64,000 bases of DNA, from NCBI GenBank assembly GCA_951406725.2, contig OX597815.1:72974001-73038000 (forward strand), given 5' to 3'. Of the stretch, positions 12,830 to 25,712 are shown piece after piece. Positions within the stretch are counted from its first letter, which is position 1. Every line of letters starts with the position of its first letter. Below the pieces are notes generated by a model. It had not been told where the DNA came from and ran no database searches. It saw nothing but the letters and a program-made list of their open reading frames with translations. This DNA is from Octopus vulgaris. Lineage: Eukaryota. The translations under genes were made by a program, and so were the position numbers.

Positions 12830-12875
12830 TTTGTTGTTGTCGTTGTTGTTGTGGTTGTTTTGTTGTTGTTGCTGC

Positions 12876-12909
<34 letters not shown>

Positions 12910-13092
12910 CATCCACTTCAGTTATATTCCCAAGTGTTGCGATTTTGGACTTATGTTAATATTGATTCATCTTTGATGTTTTCTTCTTCTTCTTCTTCTT
13001 CTTCTTCTTCTTCTTCTTCTTCTTCTTCTTCTTCTTCTTCTTCTTCTTCTTCTTCTTCTTCTTCTTCTTCTTCTTCTTCTTCTTCTTCTTCA
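12830..13092. repeat. (TTG)n and (TTC)n microsatellites
   Basis: Directly visible. Confidence 0.95.
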
Positions 13093-13390
13093 ATGTGGTT
13101 GAACATTTTACACCATTTTTTAAAATTTTGTTTTATGTTGTTTTGTTTTTTGTGTCCCTATTAAGTGTTTTCTTTTGAAGTCCTTCATGTTTAACATAAA
13201 TTAGTTTACCGCAATAAGACTATGTATGGCTTACATGGGTTAAATACAATCTCTGTTTGCGTACGGCACATTCAGTTGCATTATTTTTTCGCTTATTTTA
13301 TACACGAACACACACACATACACACACGCATGCATGCATGCATGCATACATACAAACATACAAGCATGCATATATACGCATTCACATATT

Positions 13391-13424
<34 letters not shown>

Positions 13425-14479
13425 CACGCGTACATATGTTAACACATAGATGCGTACATATCGATATATCATATACATATGATATACATATATGTATAAA
13501 CACACACACACACACACATATATATCGGTACTTCGTTGTGCCATATATTTACTTCTATGTATATATATATATATATATGTGTGTTTATATATATATATAT
13601 ATATATATGTTTATATATACACAGACTCACACACATACACACACATATTTATATACACGCGCGCACGAACATATTTATATGCGTGTATTTGTATATATAT
13701 ATTAATATCATATATATTTAGTTATTCTCATTTATGAGTATGTATGCCTGTGTATGATTACACACACACACACGCACGCACACACACGCACGCACGCGCG
13801 CACAAGCACACACACACACACACACGCACACCCTTGAAGAGTTATTAATTTTATTTGTTCATTTTCTTCAATCGCTTCTATTAGATTTTAAGAAACCGTT
13901 TCTTGTGACGCTGTTATGATTTGTATTTTCACTCCATCAGATTTTCTTTTTAGCTGGCGGACGTTTCCCTCTCTTTTTGTGTCGCTGTACTCAATGTGTC
14001 CATTATCCATTAAGCTAGTTGGGTTCCGAGTAAAATTTTTTTTCGTCTGATTATTATTATTATTATTATTATTATTATCATTTTTTTTTGTCTTATGCTC
14101 TTTCTTCCTGTTTGTCCTTTGTTATTAGGACCTTAATTGAGTTCCACCTAATTTCGTTAGTGTTTATATTGCTTGAGAATATTGGTTTATGGCTAATAGT
14201 TCTTCTTCTAAATGTATTTTTCTCCTTTCCAACGATAATCTGCAGAATATTAGCTAAATGTATTATTGTTTATCTATTGCCCAGACAACAACAAACTAAT
14301 GTTACACACCGTTTTAAAGGTTTATTTCTTTTGTGATTATTCTCACTTGTAAATTAATAATAATAACAACAACAACAACAACAACAACAACAATTGGATT
14401 TTGTAAAATGCTTTTCTTGCCTTAGATTCTCTGCCTTCAGTACTTGTCATGTTCTTGTAAATGGCTTTTAATATTCCTG

Positions 14480-14549
<70 letters not shown>

Positions 14550-14690
14550 TCACACACACACACACATGCATATATATATACATACACACACATATACACA
14601 TGTACATATACATGTATGTATCTACGTATATGTTTATATATATACATATACATACATATATATATGTATGTATAAATGTCTATGTATCAC

Positions 14691-14739
<49 letters not shown>

Positions 14740-14963
14740 ATCGCAGCAGTGTTCGATAAACTCCTCGACTTGTCCTTTCTAAATTGATTGCAAAGTTGTT
14801 ACTGTCCAAAGTATTTTGATATATTTCTGAAAGGTTATCAGAAGGTTTTTCTTAATTAATTAATTTAATGAGCTCGATTTATTAGTATATTTTTTCCGAA
14901 ATCAAGGTTCTGACTGCTAAATTATCTCCCTTTAATAGTCACTCTTTTATAAAAGACTCGTAG

Positions 14964-15328
14964 TACTCCGTCGGTTACGACAATAAGGGTTCTAGTTGAT
15001 CCAACCAACGGAACAGCCTGTTCGTGAAATTAACGTGCAAATGGCTGAGCACTCCACAGACACGTGTACCCTCGAAGTGATTCAGCGTGACACTAAGTGT
15101 AACAAGGCCTGCCCTTTGAAATACAGGTACAACAGAGACAGGAAGAAAGAGTGAGAGAAAGTTGTGGTGAAGGAGTACAGCAGGGTTCACCACTACCCCC
15201 TGCCGGTGCCTCGTGGAGCTTAGGTGTTTTCGCTCAATGAACATTCACAATGCCCGGTCTGGGAATTGAAACCACGATCCTACGACTTCGAGTCCGCTGC
15301 CCTTACCACTGGGCCATTGCGCCTCCAC
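14964..15328 (-). mobile_element. Full-length SINE family B
   Basis: Reverse complement matches 29826-30211 (gtggaggcgcaatggcccagtgg ... gtcgtaaccgacggagta). Confidence 0.92.
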
Positions 15329-15534
15329 TATAGAAGACTACAATGCTAACGAATAATGATAAGAATACATTTCGTGTTTTCTTTTTTTTTTTTTCGTTTG
15401 CGAGATTCTTGACGTGAAGTCGTGTTGAAATAGGGGTTGTTGTTTCCTGAAGAGGGGTGTGAGAGTCATTATGCCAATAATAATCACAGGTACTAGTTTT
15501 ATTTCACATCTTATGTCATTATCACTCAACTAAA

Positions 15535-16012
15535 AGCAACTAGCTGGAAGAATGTTTAGCGCTGAAATAATGGTCAACACGCTTGACAAAATCGGTATAT
15601 TTTTCGGTAGAGTTTAGACTTAGAACTTAAGTTCTGAGTCTAAACTCTACCGAGGTCGAGGTCGACTTTACCTGTCATCTTTTGGGGTTGATAAAATACG
15701 TACCAGTTGAACACTGAGGTCGATGTAATCGGCTTATTGCCCTTTCCAAAATTGCTGACATTGTGCCAAAATTTGAAACCATTATTACTCAATTAAGAGC
15801 AGCGAACCTGAAGAATGGTTAACGCGCCGAACAATGCTTAGCGGCATCTTTTCCAGCTCTTTAAGTTCTGAATTCAAAGGCTACCGAGGTCGACTTTGTC
15901 TTTCAAATTTCGGGATCGATGAAATACGTACCTGTTGAGTAAGGGGCCGATGTAATTAATTTCTTTGTCCCTTCAAAATTATCCTGGTTTGTACCAAAAT
16001 TAGAAAAGATTA
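15535..16012 (+). mobile_element. Two tandem SINE family A copies
   Basis: Core gaggtcgacttt and tails gaaaccattatt / gaaaagattattatt. Confidence 0.8.
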
Positions 16013-16539
16013 TTATTACTCAATTAGTTAACTATTCAACCACTTATCCAATCGAATGGTTGAGTCATATCTTCTTTCTAGAACTAGAGAAGAGAGGGTA
16101 TATTGTTGATGCGGTCGCGAATAGTGATAAAAGGATTCTGAGAAACTCAGCTGATTGATTGATTGACTCAACGGTTAATCAAATAACTGATTGGTTAATT
16201 TGTTAAATGGATAACCAATTAACAAAATACTAAAGAAGTTAATCGAACGAGTGCAGGTTTATTAATAGCATAATGGCCCACCAAAGACACAACATAAATA
16301 TTTCTTTCCCACAAATTCTACGACCCAGTAGCATAGCGGTTCGTCAAAGGAGACCAATAGAATATGTACCAGACTTAAGAAAAACGTAAGTTCTAGGATG
16401 ATTTGTTTGACAAAAACCCTTTAAGGCGGTGCCCCAGCATGATCCGAGTCAAATACCGGAAACAAATAAAAGATACTCCAATTCCACCTGTGATGCCTTG
16501 AAATACGGTTTAACATTCAATTATTGACTACAGTAATAC

Positions 16540-16742
16540 CCTTTCTACTTTAGGCACAAGGCCTGAAATTTTGGCGAAGGGGGACTAATCGATTCCACTG
16601 AATGTTACCTTATTTCATCGACTCTGGAAAGGTGAGAGGCAAAGTCGACCTAGAGGACATTTGAACACAGGACGTAAAGCCGGAAGAAAAGCCGCTAAGT
16701 GTTTTGCTCATCGCGGTAACGATTCTGCTTGCTTGCTGCCTT
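16540..16742 (-). mobile_element. SINE family A copy
   Basis: ggcaaagtcgacc and aacgattctgc..gctgcctt. Confidence 0.75.
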
Positions 16743-17049
16743 ATTGGCTATGGTAATATAAAAATAAGAGCAGTGTCACTGCACATCAATGCACAAATAT
16801 TATCTATAGTTCAGAATTACTTCATCTGTAGGAAGACTTAGAGAAGAGGAGAAAACTTTAATGAAAGACACAAATATGTATTAATCTCAGATACTCTGCC
16901 GCTGCTTAACCGCTATTTTAGCAAACGCTTAAACAAGGGGAAAATTATATCTCATCGTCAATAGGCTAAGCAACATATCCAAATTGTTATACTGCACTCC
17001 ATGTCATATAAGGTTTCAGTCATTGAATATCATCCATGGACGTGTATCT

Positions 17050-17492
17050 TTCATCTTTTATCTTTTGCCTGTTTCAGTCATTAGAGTGTGGCCATGCTGG
17101 GGCACCGCCTTGAATTTTTAGTCGAATGAATCCACCCCAGTACTTATTTTTTAAGCCTGATACTCTTTTGCCGAACTGTTAAGTTTCGGTTACGTAAACA
17201 CACCAACACATGTCATGGTGGTGGGGTGGGGGGCATACACACACACACATATACATATATACATATATACACATATATATATATACACACACATACATAC
17301 ATACATACATACATACATACATACATACATACATACATACATACATACATACATACATACATACATACGACGGGCTTTGATTGGCTCGAGGCTATAGTAG
17401 AAGACACTTGCCCAAGGTAGACGTAGTGGGACTGAACACGGAACCTTCTGGTTGGGAAACAAGCTTCTTACTACACAGCCACTCCTGCACCT
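17050..17492 (-). mobile_element. SINE family C (tRNA-like head, internal (TATG)n microsatellite)
   Basis: Minus strand gcaggagtggctgtgtagtaagaagcttg...ccttgggcaagtgtcttctactatagcc...ccagcatggccacac. Confidence 0.88.
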
Positions 17493-17689
17493 ATATGTAT
17501 GTGTAGATCTGATGTCTATGGTTCCTTTTCTGTTTATTTTGTTGCTTTTGTCCTTTTGTAAAAAAAAAAGGAACAACAGTAAGAGACACCACAAAACATT
17601 CTTTTTCCCACTCTCTGGTAAGTAAAACAGGAACAATATAGCACCACCAACCATGTCGCGCACACTCGGAATGATTGCCAAGATAAATG

Positions 17690-17968
17690 TTATACATCAC
17701 AGCCAGTGTCACTCCAACACCAATGTCACACCATTATCAATGTCACACAGAAACCAATGTTTATGCACTCACAAGCAATGTTAGACTTCCATTACTCTAC
17801 CGCCAACACTGTGCCACATTACATGCAATGTCACGCTTCCACACGTATCCCACCATCAACAATGTCACACTACTAATGTCATCTGACCATCAATGTCGCA
17901 CCATCGCCAGTGTCACACCACAACCAATGATATGCCGCCACCAACGACGCACTGGTACCAATGTCAGA
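17690..17968. repeat. Degenerate minisatellite, core caatgtcac
   Basis: About ten imperfect recurrences of (c/a)caatgtcac / cagtgtcac. Confidence 0.7.
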
Positions 17969-18176
17969 GTTGATTCCTCGCACTCGCATTCTATTCACCA
18001 TATTTTGACAGAATAGGAAAGAATTACGAGGCACAATTCAACTACATGAAAGGAATGTCTACTGGGAATAAAAGAGATGTTATAATCAAGAACATGAAGA
18101 CTAAATCTTCACCGAGATCACTGTTCTAAGAATATGTGCACGTACGTATATACATACATGCATACACACATACATA

Positions 18177-18231
<55 letters not shown>

Positions 18232-18616
18232 GTATATATATATATACACACACATATATATACATACATACATGTATAATGTATATTATATTGTATGTAT
18301 ATGTATGTGTGTATATAAATTGTATGCACATATATCAATATATTGTGCATGTATATATATATATATATTTATATATATATGTAGGTATATATGCATGTAC
18401 GTATGTATAATGTATACCGTGTGTGTGTGTGTGTTTGTGTGTGTGTGTATGTGTATTTGTGTGTTTACGTATTCAAACCATTTGAACTAAAAAACACTAA
18501 TTTAGAAACACATAATACAATTTTACGCACGCGCGCACACACACACATACACTTATCCACTTATATATCAGTCTGGCTTTCCTCTTTTTCTCTCTTTCTT
18601 TCTTTACTCTTTCAAA

Positions 18617-18686
<70 letters not shown>

Positions 18687-19291
18687 CGTATGCGCCCGCG
18701 TGTGCATGTGTGTGCGTGTGTATGTCTGTGCACGTGCAATCCTCTGTGTGTGTGTACGTGCGTGCGTATGTGTATGTAATTACAAAATAGCTTATATTCA
18801 TTCACTGACTCTCAGCAAACGTTGATATTCACCACAATTCATTGTACTGGCTGCCATATTATCCAACTTGCACTGATTACTTGACCGAAAATAGAGTCTA
18901 GACTCCACACAGAATATAGAATGATATAAGACGTCAGAAAATGTCTCTTGTGGCCTTTTCACCAACAATATTGAATTTCAAGATAGCGTGGTGCTTTCAA
19001 CTATAAGTAACCACATCAGAGGAACATGTTAAACCAACCGACATCAGACGGCGGGGTGTGGTGGCGGTGGTGGTGGTGATGGTGGTGGTGGGTGGGGGAG
19101 TGGGACCGGGGGTGGGGAATGGAGGTGGGAGGGCGGTAGGTGGGGGGGGTAGGTACAGGGTTGAGAGAAGTGGAAGACGGGCGAACTTGGCGATCGTCAC
19201 GATGAGGATGATGATGATGTGATGATGGTAATGGTGGTGATAGCGATGGTGGTGGCGGCGGCGTTGATGACGGTAAAAAGCAACAATAACG

Positions 19292-19326
<35 letters not shown>

Positions 19327-19415
19327 ATGATAATGATAATGATGATGAGGATGAGGATGAGGAGAATGAGAAGGAGGATGAGGATGAAGATGAGGAAGAG
19401 GAAGTGAAATTATTG

Positions 19416-19468
<53 letters not shown>

Positions 19469-19849
19469 GTTTTCTGTTATTTCATGCAATTTTGTTTAGT
19501 TTTTCACTGCACCACAGGTGCACTTGTGTGTTCCTGAGATGTGCACTGTATTGATCTTTCTTCTGCTGTTTGTATTGTTGTTGTTGTTGTTGAGGTAGTA
19601 GTGGTGGTGGTGATGGGGGTCTGAGAATGGGGTTGTTGGTTGGTAGGTGTGGTGAAGGTGTTTGTGTTTTGTCTAATTCGATGTGGTGCAGGGTTTGTTT
19701 TGGTTGTTTATTGTTGTTGTTTGGTATGGAATGATGTCTATAGAATTATTGAGAAGAGTTTGAATACAATGGGTACTGTGTGCGTTGTGTTCCATTATCG
19801 GGTGGATCAAAAGAGAATGTAAAATATTTACATTTACTGAGAAGACTGT

Positions 19850-20285
19850 AAATACGTGAGTCTGTCCTCATCTCTGGTCACGAATGTTGGATAAATGACC
19901 GAATGGATACGATCGAGAATACAACCGGCCAAAATCGGGTACATTCGACGGATCTCTGGAACGAGTTACTTGATAAGGTGCGTAGCTTAAAGATCATGGT
20001 GTCTCTCCAGGAGACGCTATTTTTCTGCATTGAGAGGTCACAGTTCTGGTTCTATGAACATGTGATTAGAATATCCTAGGAATGAATCGCAACATGGTTT
20101 CTTGAAACCGGGTAGACCAGTTAGATCAAGAATGAGATAGTTGGATAATAATATCCATTGTCCAATTTTGGTTAAGTTAGGGAATCCAGCCAAAGAAAGT
20201 ATAATGACGGTTCCTTATCACAGTACACAATGGAAGGGGCCTTGATGATTCAGTTCCCAACGACGCGAGTGACAGAAATGGATAG
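19850..20285 (+). mobile_element. Decayed RTE-clade (Expander/Rex3-like) LINE 3' fragment
   Basis: Translates with frameshifts to LISGHECW..IRSRIQPAKIGYIRRISG..DKVRS..IERSQFWFYEHVIRI, matching the RTE post-RT region. Confidence 0.75.
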
Positions 20286-20309
20286 ATGATGGTTATTACT
20301 GGTAAATTG

Positions 20310-20510
20310 TAAGGCAGAGAGTTAGCACGCCGGGCAAAATACTTCGCCTCATTTCGTCCATCTTTGCGTTCTGAGTTCAAATTTCGATGAGGTTGACTTT
20401 GCCTTTCATCCTTTCGATGAAATAAGCACCAATCAGGTACTGGTGTCGACATAATCGACTAGCCCTTTCACCCCAAAATTTTAGGACTTGTGTCTACAGT
20501 AGAAACGATT
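20310..20510 (+). mobile_element. SINE family A copy
   Basis: gttagcacgccgggc...gttctgagttcaaatt...gcctttcatcctttcg. Confidence 0.85.
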
Positions 20511-20801
20511 GTTGCTAAATTGTCATTATCTTCTCTCGATTGTATGATGTGACCCCTAAATGGATTGGTTTCTGGATTAATAGAAATTATATTAACCCTG
20601 GTAAAATATTTATTGCCTTTGTTCGCGTTCTTTTAAAGCCACGCATACTGCCAGTATTATTACTTCTCGCTTTGAAACCACGTGGTTTCGAGGACAGTCC
20701 TTTTGTGCGGCACCATAGCCAAGTGTCTTCTGCTATAGACACAGACCGAACAATGCCTAGAGAGTGAATTTAGTAGGCAAAATCTGCGTGGAAGACTGTC
20801 G

Positions 20802-20833
<32 letters not shown>

Positions 20834-20921
20834 TGTATGTATGTATGTATGTATGTATGTATGTATGTATGTATGTATGTATGTATGCATGCATGTATGC
20901 ATGTGTGTGTGTGTGTGTGTA

Positions 20922-21487
20922 TTGGGTTGTCCGGGAAGTTCGTGCCGATTTTTAAAGGAAAGAAGAAGGTCAGTAAATACTTGCGATTACATTTTTAATC
21001 AACCAAATATGAACCATTTTGTTGCACAATGCATCTCCATCTTTCCTTTAACTTGAAAATACCCTCTTCCCAGAATTGAGGTGGTTTCATGGCAAAGAAT
21101 TCATCAAGGTATCTTTTTACATCATCCAAGGAATTGAAATTTTTACCATTAAGACTATTCTGCAGAGACCTGAATAAGTGGAAATCCGAAGGAGCAATAT
21201 CTGGTGAATATGGAGGGTCGGGTAACACATCCCAGCCGAGCTGTAGTAATTTGTGCCCGGTTCCCAAAGCATCAAGTGCCGAAAATGAACTTTCTTATCT
21301 TCCATTTTAAAGGGTTACAGAATTAACACAGGTTATAGGAACATAAACATTCTTCCACGAAAAGATAGCTTAAGCTGTGCTCTAAATGGAAGTGTAGTCA
21401 AATCCTATTTTATGGACTCAACCATGTTCTAAAATAAGTCGAAAATTAAGCTACTATAAATCAGCACGAACTTTCCGGACAACCCAA
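20922..21487 (-). mobile_element. Internally deleted mariner (non-autonomous), both TIRs and TA TSD intact
   Basis: TA|ttgggttgtccgggaagttcgtgccgattt ... aaatcagcacgaactttccggacaacccaa|TA; MEDKKVHFRHLMLW joined to LGWDVLPDPPYSPDIAPSDFHLFRSLQ. Confidence 0.95.
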
Positions 21488-21507
21488 TATGTATGTATGT
21501 GTGTGTG

Positions 21508-21567
<60 letters not shown>

Positions 21568-21609
21568 ATGATAAATCTCTGAGCGAGTTATAAACAGTAG
21601 CGGTAACAC

Positions 21610-21704
21610 ATCGTGACGCATATTTGCCATTTGAATATGGCTAACCCCCTTAGCATCCACCCTTAGGGGTTAGCCATATTCAAATGGCAAATATGCGTCA
21701 CGAT
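21610..21704. repeat. Perfect 39-bp inverted repeat with 17-nt spacer (MITE-like hairpin)
   Basis: atcgtgacgcatatttgccatttgaatatggctaacccc (21610-21648) and its exact reverse complement (21666-21704). Confidence 0.95.
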
Positions 21705-21729
21705 ATATATATATATATATATATAAACT

Positions 21730-22049
21730 CAACTCCGTCGGTCACGAATGACCATAGGTTCCCCTCTGGGGTACAAATCTGGGCGGAAAGTCGCCTCACT
21801 GGCGAACGCACAACCTAGGGTTGTTTTGATGGAAGACCAGAAGACGCTCATGCGTAACGGCCTCCCCTCTCCACGCCACCGATGTTATCCAAGGGAAAGA
21901 CAAAGGCTGTTACAGATTGGCACCAGTGACGTCGCAACTCATTTCTACTGCTGAATGAACTCAAGAACTCAACACGCAGCCCGGGCCGGGAATCGAACTC
22001 ACAACCTCACGATCGTAAGCTCGTTGCTCTAACCAATGAGCCATGCGCC

Positions 22050-22052
<3 letters not shown>
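21730..22052 (-). mobile_element. SINE family D (tRNA-derived head)
   Basis: Minus strand gaaggcgcatggctcattggttagagc..gagttcgattccc; homologous to 43550-43880 and 39225-39355. Confidence 0.88.
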
Positions 22053-22120
<68 letters not shown>

Positions 22121-22204
22121 TAAATCCCAAAACGCAAAAACAACAACAGGCGGATGTGGTACATGTAAAGTATTAGCAGACGCTCAGGGAAGGAAAGAAA
22201 GATG

Positions 22205-22240
22205 GTTTAACGTTTCGAACAGATGCTCTTCTTCGGAAAC
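22205..22240 (-). ncRNA. Minimal type-I hammerhead ribozyme motif (core U4C variant) in a Penelope-like repeat
   Basis: GUUU-CCGAAGA-A-GAGC(AUCU)GUUC-GAAA-CG-UU-AAAC. Confidence 0.65.
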
Positions 22241-22962
22241 AAAGGGAAGATAGAGGAAGAAAATCACCAACGATTCACATGTGGTTACATTTTGGTATGT
22301 ACGTATGTATGTATGTATGTATGTATGTATAGATGGATGGATGTATACATACACACATATACATATATATATATATATATATGTACATGTGTATATATAT
22401 GCATGTATGCACATAATGTATATGTGTATACATATATGTATGTATACGTATGTATATATATATGCATATATATACATACATATATATGTATATGCATATA
22501 TATATATATACACACAAACACATACATACCTACATACAAACACACACATGGGGATGGACTAAATCTGACCCTTTAAATTTATGTGTGTGTGTGTGTGTGT
22601 GTGTGCGTGCGTGCGTGCATATGCGTGCATACATGTGCATGCGAGTGTGTGAGTATGTGTGGATGTGTGTTTGAGTTTGATCCCACACCGCTTGACAACC
22701 GATGCTGGCTTGTTTTACGTCTCCAAAATATAGCGGTTCCTTAAAACAGACAAATAGAATAAGTACCAAACTTAAAAAAAAATAAATTAAAATATGTAAC
22801 GAGGGGCGTTTTGTTCGGCTAAAGTCCTCAAGGCGATGCTCTAGCATGGCACCATTCAAATAACTAAAACAAGTTAGGAAACATACAAAGGAAAGAAAAA
22901 GATATCAGACTAGGCCGTGGACGCGCAGAATCCTAAGTGCGTAGGTAATAAATACTTTGTTG

Positions 22963-23405
22963 AGGGCGGAACGAGCTTGCGGAATCGTTAGCACGCCGGG
23001 CGAAATGCTTATCAGTATTTCGTCTGCTGTTACGTTTTAAGTACAACTTACGCCGAGAATCGAATTCGCCTTTCATCCTTTCGGATGTTTTGAGAGGAGG
23101 GTCTAGTCAATACCATCGACCTACAATATTTGACTGGTATGTTATTTTATCAACCCCGATGGGCTCCGGAATAGGGGTTGCAGGAAGTGCAAGCGTACCT
23201 CCTAAAATTTGGGGTGGGGTGCAAAATCAAAATTTGCACCCCTACTAATTCTTCTCGGGTTTATAAAATAGTGCATCAAAAGGTCGATTTGCCTTTTATC
23301 CTTTCAGGGTCGATAAATTAAGTACCAGTGGAACACTGTGGTCGATGTAATCGACCAGTTCCCTCCTTCAAAGTTGAGGCCTTGCGCCTCCAGTAGAAAG
23401 GGTTA
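22963..23405 (+). mobile_element. SINE family A copy interrupted by other repeat fragments
   Basis: Head at 22963; core resumes at ~23281 (aggtcgatttgccttttatcc). Confidence 0.75.
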
Positions 23406-23544
23406 TTAATTTTAAGTGGGTGAATTGAAGAAACGTGCAAATGAAGTGTCTTGTTTAAGGATACAACGTGTCATCCAGTCTAGGAATCGAGCCCATGACC
23501 TTATGATCGCCAGCATTTTGCATTGTTTTTTCAACGAACGAAGA

Positions 23545-23802
23545 GTAAACTACACAGCCGCCGTGATAATATAGCTGCCTATGTAAATGTGAACAAACAC
23601 GGACACTCTCTCGGTCCTCCCACCCTTGACCCAGTGGACAATTCTATATGTGCAGTTGGAGGGTAAGAGAAGGCTGGTACAAGAAGGTGGCAACGTGAAA
23701 ATGCAAGCTTGTTCCAGGCTACAGTGCGCCGCTAGGCCTTGGCCGATGAGTGTCGAATCCACAACTTATGTTCGAGAGCACAACACACAAGCCACTCGGC
23801 CA
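23545..23802 (-). mobile_element. tRNA-headed SINE (family E)
   Basis: Minus strand gtggccgagtgg (A box)...ggattcgacac (B box). Confidence 0.55.
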
Positions 23803-24084
23803 CGAACCTTAATTGAAATAATGAGCATTTTGTATATTAGTGGCTGTCGAGGAATAGAATCGAAACCTTTACTAATGCAAATGATAGTTACAATAACTCA
23901 GCCAAGTTTTATTGACATGGTTGACTCTGTCATGTGTCTATGTGTTAAATTTATAAGCAGAACGGTGACTGAGTATAGTAGTTCGGATCCATGTTATAAT
24001 TTAGTGAAGTGAATGCCTGGATTAGTAATACTAAGGGTGACTTAAAGTTGGGTCTGTCATGAGCCCTAGGACTAAGAAGACTAA

Positions 24085-24325
24085 AGATCAATCCGGTTCC
24101 CATAGCGTATTAGTGATTAAGATTACAGCACTTTCCCCTGAATGGAAGGCTGGTCTGTTGCAGCATTAACTCCACAGCTATTGCTGGGATTCGTTTACAG
24201 CTGAGTGAACTGGAGCAAATTGAAATGAAGTGTTTTGCTCAAGAACACACCACATAGTCCAGGAATCGAAACCACGATCTTCCGATAGTGAGTGTAACAC
24301 TCTAACCACTAAGCCACACGCCTTT
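24085..24325 (-). mobile_element. tRNA-headed SINE related to families B/D
   Basis: ggcgtgtggcttagtggttagagtg..gtttcgattcc; cagctgagtgaactggagca core; homologous to 42625-42847. Confidence 0.8.
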
Positions 24326-24989
24326 ACTATTTGGGATGAATCATAAAATTATTAAGGATATGCTTAACAGGGTGATAGACTAAGAAATTAGACTATTTAT
24401 ATGATGCTAATTCACATAGACTTTGTTTAGGCTCAAGAACTGTAATGGTTTGCTCGTTTTCAGATCCTGGATACCACCAATGTTGGTTGGAGTAGCTGTA
24501 GACATTGATGAATCTAATAAAGATTAGTTCAGAATGTTAGAGTTTTAATCAATATGTTTATGATCTCAGTCAACCCCTTTTCTACTTTTAGATATTTCCT
24601 GATGCTTTTTTGGATGGGTGTTTGATGTATGGATGAGCTCAAAATCAACGTCTGAGTTGCATATTTTTCACTTTGTATTCCCCACTTCTTTGTATTGTTT
24701 GTGGTGGTTGATCTTTTCTTTTTAAAGAAATGCGTCACAAAACAAATGTTCTCATTTCTGGTCAAATATGGGGGTTTGTTTAGTGATGCATTGAGGGTAT
24801 GTTAGTGTGACATTTCAAAATGGTGCGGTCACTGTTATATGGTAGTAATTGCTAATATTGTTGATGATGATGATAATGATGACGATAAAGAGGAGGAAGA
24901 GGATAATGATGATGATGACGACGACGGTGATAACGACTATGACGAGGAGGATGATGATGATGATGACTAATTATTCTGATATTTTACAG

Positions 24990-25712
24990 TTTATTTGTAG
25001 TTTAAGTTAGCTAAAAATGTTTGCCAATTTTCTGTTTTACTTATGTTTATTGTCTTTATTCTTTCTTCTTTTCATTCTTCAGCTGTTTGATTTTGAATTA
25101 TCTCTTGTTGTTGTATTGTGTTTGAAGTTGTCCCTGGTGTTCAGAAGTTTGGCTATTTCTGATGTGCAATTGCGGTTGTATTATTTTACGTTGCCTCGTG
25201 GGATATGCTCTTGTTCTTTGGATGCGCGTCTATAAATATTTTGTTGAATGTCTGTGATGCAATGTCATTTTTGGTGATTACAGTGTTGTTAAATTCTGAA
25301 AAACCTTGGTTTGCTTATCGGTGGAACTTTTACCACTGGGCTTCTTTGAAGTTGGTAAAAGTGTTTCTTATTTTTTTATTTTCTTCTGATTTATGTGCTG
25401 TGTCGATAACTGGTTGGTGTCTGAGAAAATTTAGAGGGCTGTTTGTCAAGTGGTTGTAGTGGCTAAATATGCAGAATAGATGACGATGAGAAAGAGTTTT
25501 GTTGTAGTTGGTTTAGTGAAGCCTGCGTGTGTTTTGGCGTGGATTGTTTAGAATACAAAGGGAGTTAAGTTGCGATGCCACTATGTTCTCTCTTGTGTTA
25601 TCTGTGTTTTTTGAAAACCAGGACATGTTGAATTCATTAAAGACTTCTTCAGCAGTGATCTTTGAGAAAGTGTTAACTGTGCTATAGTCGAGATGTATAA
25701 TCTGGAGAGTCG
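24990..25712 (-). mobile_element. Decayed Jockey/I-like LINE fragment (end of APE endonuclease region)
   Basis: Minus strand gives ENIVASQLNSLCILNN..SAYLATTTT*QT..RNTFTNFKEAQW, resembling the post-APE NFKKANW motif. Confidence 0.5.

Noticed and set aside
23160-23255. Small G/C-rich insert with tgcacccc inverted motif inside SINE A
   Set aside because: May be a MITE end, but neither TIR pair nor TSD could be defined.
24860-24970. Acidic D/E-coding tract (also 57740-57815)
   Set aside because: (GAT)/(GAC)/(GAG) microsatellites without splice sites or flanking coding sequence.
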